From a virus, in the IMG/VR virus record IMGVR_UViG_3300044609_000721: a stretch of 64,000 bases of DNA; one strand, written 5' to 3'. A program made the position numbers and the translations under genes. Below the pieces are notes generated by a model. The model was not told the origin of the DNA. It did no database searches and was given only the letters and a program-made list of their open reading frames with translations. Below are positions 1 to 9,418 of the stretch, piece after piece (within the stretch, counting starts at the first letter, position 1; every line of letters starts with the position of its first letter).

Positions 1-1050
1 GTACAGTTTCTTCTGGAAGTACTTAACATCTTCGAGTTCTCCAAGATTCTGACCGCCAGGAAGAGTTGTGATCTCTGTACCACGCCCACCTTCTCTACGA
101 GGCAACCAGAAGTCCTCAAGCATACTCATGAACTTACGGTCATCTTTAATCTCGCCAGTGTTAGCGTCATACACTAACTTGTTTCTGTAACGAGACATGA
201 CCTCACGGAGGTATTGTTCTGCTTTGATCTTTGGTAGATTACCAACATCGATGTAGAAAATTCTACGCTCAGGAGCACGCGATAGGCGGTAAATAACCAG
301 AGAGTCTTCAATCATGCGGAGTTGGTTCACCGCTTTGATTGCTTTGTGTAGATGCGAAAGCACCATGTTTTTGTTCATATCAAAGATTCCAGAATGTACA
401 AATGTGATTGCATCTGGAGCGACTTTAATACCTTGAGTATCTCCTGCCTTTAATCCTTTTCCGTTATAGATGAAATAATCAACGGTCTTTTGAGTGAATG
501 CTTGACTTGGATCACTTGGATTCACTCTAGAAGGTGTAGTTTCAATCTCAAGAACTTTACGAATCTTTCTTGGGTCAATATATCTAAGTTCAATAATACC
601 ACCAGAAGGATTTTTGGGATCAATCATTTTATGGTAAAATAGTCTTCCGTCAATATACCAACGACGGAAAATATCATATGATTTATTTTCAAAATCCAGT
701 AAAGTTAGAACGTAATCGAATTCTTCTCTAATAAGTTTTTTAACTTTATCGCTTACACTCTTTAAATTTGATAGGTCTATTTCAATTGGAACATCATTAA
801 AATTACCGCAGATTGCTTCGTTAACAACATCGTCAACTGCAGCATCGCATTCTGGTTGCAGCACCATATCACGGTATCGAGTGATCAATTCCCACTCGTT
901 CTTTACCGTTCCATCGATGTCAACATAATGACCATAATAACCGCCTGCGGCAATAGGAGTAGCGCCATCGCTATTATCTTTCTGCACAAAAGAAGGCCCT
1001 TTCGGAACCTTCTTTGCTCTCTCTATGGAGTATCCAAATAATTGTGACAT
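1..1050 (-). CDS. gp20: Portal vertex protein (truncated at window start)
   Basis: Not in the ORF track; manual translation from ATG at 1050: MSQLFGYSIERAKK...RYRDMVLQPECDAAVDDVVNEAI...FRRWYIDGRLFYHK...QLRMIEDSLVIYRLSRAPERRIFYIDVGNLPKIKAEQYLREVM...LEDFWLPRREGGRGTEITTLPGGQNLGELEDVKYFQKKLY, which are hallmark T4 gp20 motifs; follows gp19. Confidence 0.98.
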   Translation of the reverse strand, partial: MSQLFGYSIERAKKVPKGPSFVQKDNSDGATPIAAGGYYGHYVDIDGTVKNEWELITRYRDMVLQPECDAAVDDVVNEAICGNFNDVPIEIDLSNLKSVSDKVKKLIREEFDYVLTLLDFENKSYDIFRRWYIDGRLFYHKMIDPKNPSGGIIELRYIDPRKIRKVLEIETTPSRVNPSDPSQAFTQKTVDYFIYNGKGLKAGDTQGIKVAPDAITFVHSGIFDMNKNMVLSHLHKAIKAVNQLRMIEDSLVIYRLSRAPERRIFYIDVGNLPKIKAEQYLREVMSRYRNKLVYDANTGEIKDDRKFMSMLEDFWLPRREGGRGTEITTLPGGQNLGELEDVKYFQKKLY

Positions 1051-1086
1051 TCTAAAAACCTACAGTAGCAAATATTCCTTTGCTAC

Positions 1087-1093
1087 TATTTAT
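1087..1093 (-). promoter_or_regulatory. T4-like late promoter (ATAAATA) for gp20
   Basis: ATAAATA on the minus strand ~37 nt upstream of the gp20 ATG. Confidence 0.7.
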
Positions 1094-1098
1094 CAACT

Positions 1099-1833
1099 TT
1101 ATTCTAGTTCAATTAGAGATGCTGCGCCACCCGCTGCAGTACCACCAGAAGCACCACTGCTAATGGGGATTGGTCTCCAGTACTGAACCTGAAGTTCAAC
1201 GGTGTACTCTTCAATTGCATCATTCGAACTGTAGTCGAGATCAATTGCGGAGATGTTTGAAGGCCATACGTCAACGAAGTCGTAGGATCTTACTGCATTA
1301 CCTCTTCTATCTAACTGAGAAACTCTCATTGGAGCCATATACTTGAGGTACTGGGGATCTCCAGAAGGAAGTTGACCGTAATCGAAGTCGGTTGCATTCT
1401 CATCATATAGTTGAATTGCTTCCATCCATCTTTCGAAATATGATCTTAGAACGAACGAAGTATCGTTGTGGACAGTGATGGTCCAAGGTTCAAATGTACG
1501 ATCTCCAGCGATCTTAAGCATTCTTCCACGGAAAGGAACTTCAATAACTCCAACAGTTGATGCTGGGATTTGTGCTGCCTTAATTGTGAATGCGCCTAAA
1601 ATTCTTGCTGAGTCTGCAGATGAAGGTGTTGAACTAGCAGTTGAAGAAGCAGCAAGTGCTCCTACAGTTGTTCCTGCAACTACATTCTGTCCAGTATCTC
1701 TTGAACCAGAAGCGATTAGTTGAACCAGTGCAGGTGGCCAATCAATGTCCACCTGGAATAGATTTGGTCTTGCATAATCAAGTTGTGAGTTCGCTTTGAA
1801 TGTACTAATTCTAGCGCGATTGTTAGTTGACAT
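1099..1833 (-). CDS. gp19: Tail tube protein
   Basis: ARPNLFQV, VPFRGRMLKIAGDRTFEPWTITVHND, YDFVDVWPSNISAIDLDYSSNDAIEEYTVELQVQYW motifs; lies between gp18 and gp20. Confidence 0.97.
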   Translation of the reverse strand: MSTNNRARISTFKANSQLDYARPNLFQVDIDWPPALVQLIASGSRDTGQNVVAGTTVGALAASSTASSTPSSADSARILGAFTIKAAQIPASTVGVIEVPFRGRMLKIAGDRTFEPWTITVHNDTSFVLRSYFERWMEAIQLYDENATDFDYGQLPSGDPQYLKYMAPMRVSQLDRRGNAVRSYDFVDVWPSNISAIDLDYSSNDAIEEYTVELQVQYWRPIPISSGASGGTAAGGAASLIELE

Positions 1834-1872
1834 GGTTGTTATCCTCCGTTATTTGTTGGTCCTTTAATAGAA

Positions 1873-4113
1873 TTAAGAAGCGATTTCTTCAAAAGCAACC
1901 CCAGTTCTTGTTGCAATAAAGGAGATCGAAATGTAGTTAATTGTTCTGGTTGGCTTCAGGTAAACTTCAGCATAGAACTCACCTCTATCGATTGCATCAG
2001 GAGGATTGTTTGAGGCATCACACTTCACTAGGAAGTCACTTACTCCTCTTCTACCTTGGATATTTCTTAGGTATGGTTCAACTGCATTAATAAAGGAGGA
2101 TCTTGCAGTATCATCATTCTGCTGGAACAGTACATTTTGTGCTGCTCTTGAAACAGTCTTCTCAACAACCAAGAAGAGACGACGGACGTTGATTCTATCG
2201 AATGCAGATTGATAACCTAGCGCAGTCTTGTCACCGAATAGTACGATACCTTGACCTGGGAAAGAAACAATAGGATTGATTCTTTCTACATATAGTTGGT
2301 CTCTTTGAGCCTTATTTGGAGAGTATGCAAGACGAATTGCATTTCTCAATACACCTCTTTGGAATCCAGCAGGAGAATACCAAGGATCTTGATTGATTTG
2401 AGTAGTTAGACATAGACCAGCCATGTCAGCATTGCAGGGGATATAACGGAATGTATCGTTATATCTATCGTAGATATACTTGTAACCGCTATCGAATGCA
2501 GCGTATGAAGTGCTTGGAAGCTTCGAGAACCAGTTTACTAGGTTGGTTGTTACAACACTGGTATCGGTAATTCCAATAACCTGATCGCGGATTGGCGAGA
2601 AGAACGCCATGCAATCCTTTCTTGTTTCTAGGATGTTGTTAATCGTTGAAACTCTTGCTAGTGCTTCGGTTTCAGTTGCTCCCATTCCGCCAGGAATGAT
2701 GAAATCTAGAACCTCAGTTTCAGGATCAGATAGAAGACTATATGCTTCAGAGTAGTTACCTGAAGAAGGATTGTATGCAGAAACACCAGCAGTTCCAGCA
2801 GATGCTCCTAGTTCATACTGTTGGGTTGCTCCTAGAGTAGAACCAACGAATACTTCACCATTTACTGCGGAAGTTACTTCCGTACCCTGAACTAGGTTGA
2901 ATGCAGTATTTGCTGCAGTCTGTCCCCAATCACCATCGGCTTCAACAGCACCTACTGAGAATACTTCGTTAGAATTGTATGCACCAGCATATAGATATGC
3001 TGACTTATTCTTGAGAGCAGTCTTGTAGTAGTTATTTTCGCCATTTGTGGTCTTAGCATCAGATGCCTTTGAGAGACCAACAAACTTCTCTAGAATTGTA
3101 TTTGGAGTTCCAGTTACGGTTCCCTTCGAATCTACAACTACAACGTGAAGTTCATCTCTAAATCCATTCTTCGAAGCAGCAAAAGGTGAAGTTCCAGGAC
3201 GGGTTCCGATTGAAGTCCATCTTAGACCAGGGAATACTTCTCTTACTTGATATTCCTTTTGAGCAGAATTGATATTTACTGAACCTGAGTTGTCATCGGA
3301 GACATCATTGCCAGCAGCAAAATCGATGGAACCTTGATTGAGAACTGTTAGTAGTTCTCTTCTAACACCATTGGTCGATACAACACCAGAAGCACCTGAT
3401 GAAGTCTGAGTTACTGTATCTGCTGCAGCAACAATACCAGCATAATCTGTTGCTAGTTCGATCTCAAGTACTCTTGTTGATGCATCATATGCCAATACGG
3501 TAGCATCATCGCCTCCTACACTAGCAGCACCAGGAACAAACTTACCTACAACTCCAGCATTTAGAGTTAGTTTTAGTGAATACTTATAAACCTTACCTGC
3601 GGCACCAGTAGATGCTGCAAGATCAGCACCTGCAACAAACTGCCACTCGTTACCTGAAGCGGGAGCGTCTAAGGTTAGTACTTGATCAGGACCAGCATCG
3701 GTTACATATACCTTGATGCCATTTGCATACTCACCAGCAGTCTTAGCAGCAAAGTACCATGTTGGTGAACTTGACTCAAAGGTTGTTTCGTATACAACAT
3801 TGTTCTGGATCTTTACTGCTGATCCATTACTTACAGCGTTCTTTAGATCTGCTGCATCTGTTCTAATAACTTTGATTGTTCCACCATATAGGAGGTACTG
3901 AGCAGCGGAGAACCAGTACTCATAGTTATTATCGTTTGGCTTTCCAAACACCTGTTCTAGTTGCTGTTCAGTTGAAACAACACGTACTTCATTAACTGGA
4001 CCCTTAGCAAAAGGACCAACTAAAGATGCATATGTTGGGGTTGAAGATGTACTTACTGTAGTGTTATCAATCTCTCTGATAACAACACCTGGGGAAAATT
4101 GACTTAATGCCAT
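1873..4113 (-). CDS. gp18: Tail sheath protein
   Basis: SPGVVIREID N-terminus; WYSPAGFQRG, LFGDKT, AFDRINVRRLF, YLKPTRTINYISISFIATRTGVAFEEI C-terminus. Confidence 0.98.
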   Translation of the reverse strand: MALSQFSPGVVIREIDNTTVSTSSTPTYASLVGPFAKGPVNEVRVVSTEQQLEQVFGKPNDNNYEYWFSAAQYLLYGGTIKVIRTDAADLKNAVSNGSAVKIQNNVVYETTFESSSPTWYFAAKTAGEYANGIKVYVTDAGPDQVLTLDAPASGNEWQFVAGADLAASTGAAGKVYKYSLKLTLNAGVVGKFVPGAASVGGDDATVLAYDASTRVLEIELATDYAGIVAAADTVTQTSSGASGVVSTNGVRRELLTVLNQGSIDFAAGNDVSDDNSGSVNINSAQKEYQVREVFPGLRWTSIGTRPGTSPFAASKNGFRDELHVVVVDSKGTVTGTPNTILEKFVGLSKASDAKTTNGENNYYKTALKNKSAYLYAGAYNSNEVFSVGAVEADGDWGQTAANTAFNLVQGTEVTSAVNGEVFVGSTLGATQQYELGASAGTAGVSAYNPSSGNYSEAYSLLSDPETEVLDFIIPGGMGATETEALARVSTINNILETRKDCMAFFSPIRDQVIGITDTSVVTTNLVNWFSKLPSTSYAAFDSGYKYIYDRYNDTFRYIPCNADMAGLCLTTQINQDPWYSPAGFQRGVLRNAIRLAYSPNKAQRDQLYVERINPIVSFPGQGIVLFGDKTALGYQSAFDRINVRRLFLVVEKTVSRAAQNVLFQQNDDTARSSFINAVEPYLRNIQGRRGVSDFLVKCDASNNPPDAIDRGEFYAEVYLKPTRTINYISISFIATRTGVAFEEIAS

Positions 4114-4157
4114 GTTACTTATTCTCCTGAGAGATTTTCGTGGTTGGTTTCTAGAAA

Positions 4158-4165
4158 TATTTATA
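4158..4165 (-). promoter_or_regulatory. T4-like late promoter (TATAAATA) for gp18
   Basis: Perfect T4 late consensus 45 nt upstream of the gp18 ATG. Confidence 0.85.
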
Positions 4166-4176
4166 ATTTGGGTTTT

Positions 4177-5826
4177 TTAGATGTACTCCCACATAAATGC
4201 TCGATCTCCATATTCATCCAAGTGCCACCTATCTCCATCGACATCAACAAAAGTCTCATCTTCCGTTCCGTCTACAATAAAACCAAATGGAGCCATATCC
4301 GCTTCAATCGCTTCTCTTTGGTCATCATAAATTCTCTGACGAACATCATTATTCGTCATTTCCCTAAAGTAGGGTTGCATCGCCAACCATGAGAATATAA
4401 CCAAGGACATCGCTAAGTCATCGTTACATCCTTCCTCTGCCTCAAATGAATTTCCTTTTTGGATGAAGGTCGTCAATTCACTAATAATATCGTAGTCTTT
4501 GACAATTAACTTGTCTTCTTCTATTAGTGCTTTTAAGTTGGAACATCCAACCTTCTTCACAGCAGAAGTCATTCTAACTCCAAGCGAAGCCTTCTTACCG
4601 CTGAATCCAGATCCAACTAGTTGTCCAGCACGACCTCGCATGGAACACATTAACAAGTTTTCATATTCTAGATCATATTGTAGAATATCAGCGACTTGTG
4701 CGCCAATGTCATTAACCTCTATTAGTATATATGACTTGTTATAGTTTTGTGCTACTTTGTGGATAATGTTTGGAAGTAAGATTGGTTTGATATCATTATT
4801 GCGATATTTTCCAACTATAGTATATGGAATGGTTGTGATATCTACAATAATAAATGCTGAGTAGTCCTGACTAGTTCCTCTAGAAGTATCTACTGTCATT
4901 AAGTATTGATGGTCTGCTTTGACTTCTTCGTAGATGTCCAATCCTTCATGAGATTGAATTGGATCGTCATAGACCATGTTTCTGAGTTTCGCTGGATTGA
5001 TTAGAGTATCAACCGATCCTAGGAACTCACACTCAAACTCCTGAGTGAACTGTCTAAGGGAAGTGTTAGCGATAGTCTCTTCTTTCCACTTAGCATCTCT
5101 GCCAGGAACTTGAGACCAATGAACTTCTAGTGGAATGTAAGTGTTCTTTCTCCTCTCAGCATCATGCCAAAGTTTATAGAACATGTTCATCCCGTTTGGA
5201 GTAGAGATGATGATAACTTTGGTTGACTTACCAGACGAAATAGTAGGATACACAGAGGAGAAGAACTGCTCTGCAATGTTGTTTGGAATGAACGCAAATT
5301 CGTCCAGGAAGATGATGTTGAATGAGTTTCCTCGGACTGCGCTAGAAGACGTTGAGGCAGCGATGATCTTGGATCCATTCTCCAGTTCTACCGAACCCTT
5401 GTTCCACGATATAACGCCATGCTGCATCCACTTAGGAAGGTTCTCATAGGAGAGTTGAAGACGCGATAACAATTCTCTAGAAGTCTCTGCCTTGTTTGCT
5501 AGAATTGCGATCTTGATGTTGGGATTGAAGATTGCATAGTGTAGCAAATAAGAAACTACCGTCGTAGATTTTCCAGTCTGACGCGGTAGTTTTGCGATAT
5601 TAAATCGATTGTTATGAAAGTTCTCGATTAGTTTCTCTTGGAAGTCCCACATCTTAAATGGGACAAGGCCTTCGTCAAGAGAAACAATCTTGATGTATGT
5701 CTTGGCAAAGTAGACAGGATCTTTCGAGCATTTGATAAATTCCTCAACTTGATCTTGAGTAAATTCAACAGATACGTTTGCCTTTTTTAGGTTGGGATTA
5801 CCAAGATAAATGTCATTCGGATTCAT
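4177..5826 (-). CDS. gp17: Terminase large subunit
   Basis: YLGNPNLKK N-terminus, Walker A LPRQTGKST, Walker B IIFLDEFAF, ISTPNGMNMFY, RNase H-like nuclease DTSRG...DYSAF and NDDLAMSL; no intein seen. Confidence 0.98.
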   Translation of the reverse strand: MNPNDIYLGNPNLKKANVSVEFTQDQVEEFIKCSKDPVYFAKTYIKIVSLDEGLVPFKMWDFQEKLIENFHNNRFNIAKLPRQTGKSTTVVSYLLHYAIFNPNIKIAILANKAETSRELLSRLQLSYENLPKWMQHGVISWNKGSVELENGSKIIAASTSSSAVRGNSFNIIFLDEFAFIPNNIAEQFFSSVYPTISSGKSTKVIIISTPNGMNMFYKLWHDAERRKNTYIPLEVHWSQVPGRDAKWKEETIANTSLRQFTQEFECEFLGSVDTLINPAKLRNMVYDDPIQSHEGLDIYEEVKADHQYLMTVDTSRGTSQDYSAFIIVDITTIPYTIVGKYRNNDIKPILLPNIIHKVAQNYNKSYILIEVNDIGAQVADILQYDLEYENLLMCSMRGRAGQLVGSGFSGKKASLGVRMTSAVKKVGCSNLKALIEEDKLIVKDYDIISELTTFIQKGNSFEAEEGCNDDLAMSLVIFSWLAMQPYFREMTNNDVRQRIYDDQREAIEADMAPFGFIVDGTEDETFVDVDGDRWHLDEYGDRAFMWEYI

Positions 5827-5971
5827 GAGGTAGATTTTGCTCTCTATAAGTCTTCAACTTATTTATGAGATGCTGGTATTCTTCTACCATGTATTCCGAT
5901 CCTGTTTCCTCCTTATATAATTCACATGCTCTAATTAAGCGATTGATATCATTTGCATTTAGAAGGTACAT
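5813..5971 (-). CDS. Small hypothetical protein (52 aa)
   Basis: Manual translation MYLLNANDINRLIRACELYKEETGSEYMVEEYQHLINKLKTYREQNLPHESE; fills the gap exactly, start overlaps the upstream stop (TAATG), end overlaps the gp17 start. Confidence 0.8.
   Translation of the reverse strand: MYLLNANDINRLIRACELYKEETGSEYMVEEYQHLINKLKTYREQNLPHESE
5860..5866 (-). promoter_or_regulatory. Late promoter (ATAAATA) for gp17
   Basis: ATAAATA 34 nt upstream of the gp17 ATG. Confidence 0.6.
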
Positions 5972-6711
5972 TAGCAGTTCCAAGCCCTCAACGATTTATT
6001 TATTCTCGAATCTGGATCGCTTGCTGTCTTCTTAGAAGTCAGTTTAGATTTCATGCCCTTCATTCTAGCGCAGAATGACGACCTGCGGGAATTTCCAACC
6101 TCTTTTGAAGGTGCTTTAAGGTCGCTTCCAGGATTTTCACGTTCATATGACTTACGACCCTTTTCGTTGAGTCCGCCACTTTGATTCTTTCCCTCCTTAC
6201 GTTGCCATGCAGCAACTTCTTTAATGTATTGACCGAATGATCTCATTTCAGTTTCTTCATTCTTAGTCATCAAATACATTGCAGCAGCATTTAGATTATG
6301 TGCTGATAGTGCTAACTTTGCTTGAACCCAACCAGGAAGTTGATAGTCTGGAGATGTGATAGTTTGACGGAGCATTTTGATGTAATGCTCAATCTCATCA
6401 AGTTGTCCTAGTGCCATAGCACCTTCGTCATCTAATTCAGTACCATTATTGATGGCAATGTGATTTTCTTTGATGGGTTTTTTCTTTTCCCATTCGTTCT
6501 TAAGTTTCTTTTCCATTGATAGCAAGTGCTTATAGTAATCGGGAAACTCAGCAATATGTTGGAGAGCAATACCGTATGCTGCTTTGTGATCCGTTACATG
6601 CTCACGCTCTACAGTAGAACCGATTTCTGCTTGACGGATCACGTAGTCAACGTCAACGCCATGTTTAGTGGCAATTTCTTTTTCAGTAGGTACTCTCTTT
6701 TTCATGATCAA
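5971..6711 (-). CDS. Modular hypothetical protein (DUF5661-like N-terminus; basic C-terminal domain), possible internal head protein
   Basis: EREHVTDHKAAYGIALQHIAEFPDYYKHLLSME resembles DUF5661; C-terminal AWQRKEGKNQSGGLN...RRSSFCARMKG...SLRAWNC domain recurs in phages; internal MRSFGQYIKE motif. Confidence 0.75.
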   Translation of the reverse strand: MIMKKRVPTEKEIATKHGVDVDYVIRQAEIGSTVEREHVTDHKAAYGIALQHIAEFPDYYKHLLSMEKKLKNEWEKKKPIKENHIAINNGTELDDEGAMALGQLDEIEHYIKMLRQTITSPDYQLPGWVQAKLALSAHNLNAAAMYLMTKNEETEMRSFGQYIKEVAAWQRKEGKNQSGGLNEKGRKSYERENPGSDLKAPSKEVGNSRRSSFCARMKGMKSKLTSKKTASDPDSRINKSLRAWNC

Positions 6712-7259
6712 CCACCAACAATTTGAACTTCAGTAACATGTCCAGTAGCAGCACCGTTACCATCTGGAATTACTGAGAACTTAATAGAATTTGAAAGAGT
6801 TGCAGTGCCAGTAAAAGCAGAATAACCAGATGAATTATGTGCAACTGTAATAGTTGTATCGGTTACTGCTGTTACAGCAAGGTGAGCAATACCAGTATTA
6901 TATGCAGCAACAGAGGAGCCTGTGCAAGTCACATAGTCACCAACGTTGAATGGGTGAGATGGTTTTCTACCATCTTGATCACAGGTAATTACTGTATTTG
7001 TTGCACCAGTAGTAATTGCTGTAATTTTTGCGTTCTTTGGAGAAGCACACTTTACAAGTTCGGAGTTCTCTTTTGGGATATGGAAATCATTTCCCTTTAC
7101 TGCTGTTGGGTTTCCTCCCCAAGCAACGTGAATAGCATCAGAAGCATCAGCAGTAAAACGATAGATACCAGTTCTTACAATGACGGCAGAAGATTGTGAT
7201 GCGTTACCACCTGTGCATTCTACTGCTGCAATATTTTGTACAACTTTTAAAACGGACAT
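6708..7259 (-). CDS. Putative virion structural protein (beta-rich)
   Basis: 183-aa ORF with its own late promoter in the neck/terminase cluster; T/A/G/V-rich beta-strand composition. Confidence 0.75.
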   Translation of the reverse strand: MSVLKVVQNIAAVECTGGNASQSSAVIVRTGIYRFTADASDAIHVAWGGNPTAVKGNDFHIPKENSELVKCASPKNAKITAITTGATNTVITCDQDGRKPSHPFNVGDYVTCTGSSVAAYNTGIAHLAVTAVTDTTITVAHNSSGYSAFTGTATLSNSIKFSVIPDGNGAATGHVTEVQIVGG

Positions 7260-7292
7260 AGTAAACTCCGAAGTTAATTTCTTTCCTATGTT

Positions 7293-7706
7293 TTATTTAG
7301 TTTCTTTGGTACTTTGCTTGAGGAGTTTTGCCAACTCTGATGTCGATCCAACAAACATAGTATTATTAACTGTAGTAGGACCTGATTTAGTTGCTGATTT
7401 CTCATCGATGTCTTTCATCTTCTTCTGGAGGTCGATTAGTTTGTCAGCAACATCCGCAACATTCTTGATAAGTTGTCCAGCAACTTCATATGCTCTTGGA
7501 TGGTCTGAACTTCTTGCAACATCAAGAATACCGTCGATGGCTTCTTGACCTTTCATCACAAGATTATGAAGTTGTGCTCTTGTTACTTCATAGTCTTGTT
7601 GTAGTTCTGGTTTCTGCGATAGTGGGACAATTTCCTCTCTAGGTGTCTCAATAATTTCACTTGGTTCCACATTAAAAACTTCATCTAATCCATCAAACGT
7701 ACTCAT
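7293..7706 (-). CDS. gp16: Terminase small subunit
   Basis: DYEVTRAQLHNLVMKGQEAI...SDHPRAYEVAGQLIKNVAD...TTVNNTMFVGSTSELAKLLK. Confidence 0.95.
   Translation of the reverse strand: MSTFDGLDEVFNVEPSEIIETPREEIVPLSQKPELQQDYEVTRAQLHNLVMKGQEAIDGILDVARSSDHPRAYEVAGQLIKNVADVADKLIDLQKKMKDIDEKSATKSGPTTVNNTMFVGSTSELAKLLKQSTKETK
7294..7300 (-). promoter_or_regulatory. Late promoter (CTAAATA)
   Basis: CTAAATAAAACATAG on the minus strand; the same downstream context (AAATAAAACATAG) occurs at the 29534 promoter. Confidence 0.65.
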
Positions 7707-8506
7707 ACGGGTTCATCCTCTCCAGTAGCAGGGTTCCATTTTTGTGCATCAGTAAATTCGGAGAAAACTTCATTAAAACCAAAATCATCATCAGCATCTG
7801 CATCGGATGGATCTGGTTGAACTGTATATCTTTGAACTCTTGGTGCCTCTACTGTATCTATAGATGAATAAGTATCCACTATAGATTTCCTAATGACAGA
7901 AGGTTCTCTTACAGGACCATATAGATAAGATTTTGCGGTGAATGTTAAATTATATACTAACGATCTTCTCTTATCAAGTTCTCCATCATAATCGTCATCG
8001 TAACTCACGTCATCCAAATTAATTATAATATCTTTAATTTCTCCAATTTCTGGAATCATTTCTATAGTTAAGTTGTAAGATGGTTGGAAATATGGTAGAA
8101 TCTGTTCTAGAATCTGAAGACCATCATCTTGATTTTTTGATATTATTGAGAGAGTAAATCCGATATTATATGGTACTGGCATATATGATGTATACATGCC
8201 ATCCTGAGCCTCTGGATTTTTGTATTTTATTTGTTGAGTTGGTGCTACCTTCCTATCACCATCATATTTGATACTTGTAATCTCAAACGATAATCTTGGT
8301 AAGGTAATCTGAATCTTAGATTGTGTAGGATCTGGAGTCTGCCTCAACCTTGCTAGAAATTTTTCTGCAGGTCCATATGCTAAGGGAACTTTCATTACCT
8401 CAGTTTTATTATTTGATGTACGACGAATCTGAATGTTGTTGAATAGAGTACCGAATCCAACAACAGTCTTCTTAATGATTTCGTGGTAAGTGTAAGTTCC
8501 CAACAT
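7703..8506 (-). CDS. gp15: Tail sheath stabilizer / terminator
   Basis: YHEIIKKTVVGFGTLFNNI, KVPLAYGP.EKFLARL, ITLPRLSFE, PVPYN, QILEQILPYFQP motifs. Confidence 0.96.
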   Translation of the reverse strand: MLGTYTYHEIIKKTVVGFGTLFNNIQIRRTSNNKTEVMKVPLAYGPAEKFLARLRQTPDPTQSKIQITLPRLSFEITSIKYDGDRKVAPTQQIKYKNPEAQDGMYTSYMPVPYNIGFTLSIISKNQDDGLQILEQILPYFQPSYNLTIEMIPEIGEIKDIIINLDDVSYDDDYDGELDKRRSLVYNLTFTAKSYLYGPVREPSVIRKSIVDTYSSIDTVEAPRVQRYTVQPDPSDADADDDFGFNEVFSEFTDAQKWNPATGEDEPV

Positions 8507-9414
8507 TAGAATCTATCTCCCATATTTCCAATATCCCCAAATGGATTTTGTTCACTAAAGTCTAAGATCATATCTCCCTGAACTTCAAAGTATTTGTTCT
8601 GAGCTCCTTCAAATGTTTCCATATTGAAAGAATCTAGAACATTGATAGCCCATGAAGCATTTGAATCTTCTCCGACAACAATTTCGTTATCTCGAAATAT
8701 GCCAGTTAATTTATTTAGTACAAGTTTTCTTGTGGTTGGATTCCAAGATACAACCTCACCAGTAGCACCAGAAGTAGATCCAGTAACAACTTCATCATTA
8801 GAGAAGTTACCAGTTCCACCAGGAGCAAAGGTGAGATCTAGAGTATATCCATCTTCATCTTCAATCTCATCTACTGCTAAGATACCAGTATCAAGATCCT
8901 CATTGCTGTACTGGAATAGTTCACACTTCATTTCCCAAACATAACCTTTACCTAGTTGGTAAAAAGGTTTTTCGTGTTCAACAAACTTGATTTCATATAA
9001 GTCACTTGAGAATGGTGCCCAAATCAAATCACCTTCATTTGGACGACCCTCAACAATTAGGGATGCGTTATCATCAACAGCACTGGTGAATCTTTTTCTG
9101 GACACCACAAAGGTAGTCTTATCTTCGATCCTGATTCCAAATTTAGTTAGAAGGTCTCCCTGTCCTTCCCATCCATCTACAGTATTGCAGTATGCTCTGA
9201 TTGGATGGGAACTCTCAAACTTAGACATAGTATCTTCTTTGAAAAGATCATCCTCCTTCACAAGAGTTCTTGGAATGTAATAAACATCTTGACCATAGAT
9301 ATCGATTGATTCTGTGATCAAATTCTCAAGTAAATTCTGCTCTGCTGTAGTTCCGTTTAAACGAAGCCTACAGGATGGTGATGGATCTGGAGATTGGTTG
9401 CAGGTATCTGGCAT
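8506..9414 (-). CDS. gp14: Neck protein
   Basis: EQNLLENLITESIDIYGQDVYYIPR, GWEGQGDLLTKFG, RPNEGDLI, FEIKFVEHE-like YEIKFVEHEKPFYQLGK, LDFSEQNPFG. Confidence 0.96.
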   Translation of the reverse strand: MPDTCNQSPDPSPSCRLRLNGTTAEQNLLENLITESIDIYGQDVYYIPRTLVKEDDLFKEDTMSKFESSHPIRAYCNTVDGWEGQGDLLTKFGIRIEDKTTFVVSRKRFTSAVDDNASLIVEGRPNEGDLIWAPFSSDLYEIKFVEHEKPFYQLGKGYVWEMKCELFQYSNEDLDTGILAVDEIEDEDGYTLDLTFAPGGTGNFSNDEVVTGSTSGATGEVVSWNPTTRKLVLNKLTGIFRDNEIVVGEDSNASWAINVLDSFNMETFEGAQNKYFEVQGDMILDFSEQNPFGDIGNMGDRF

Positions 9415-9418
9415 GGCA

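Noticed and set aside
4177-5826. Intein or intron in terminase or portal
   Set aside because: Lengths and motif spacing are ordinary; no splice-junction motifs or homing endonuclease seen.
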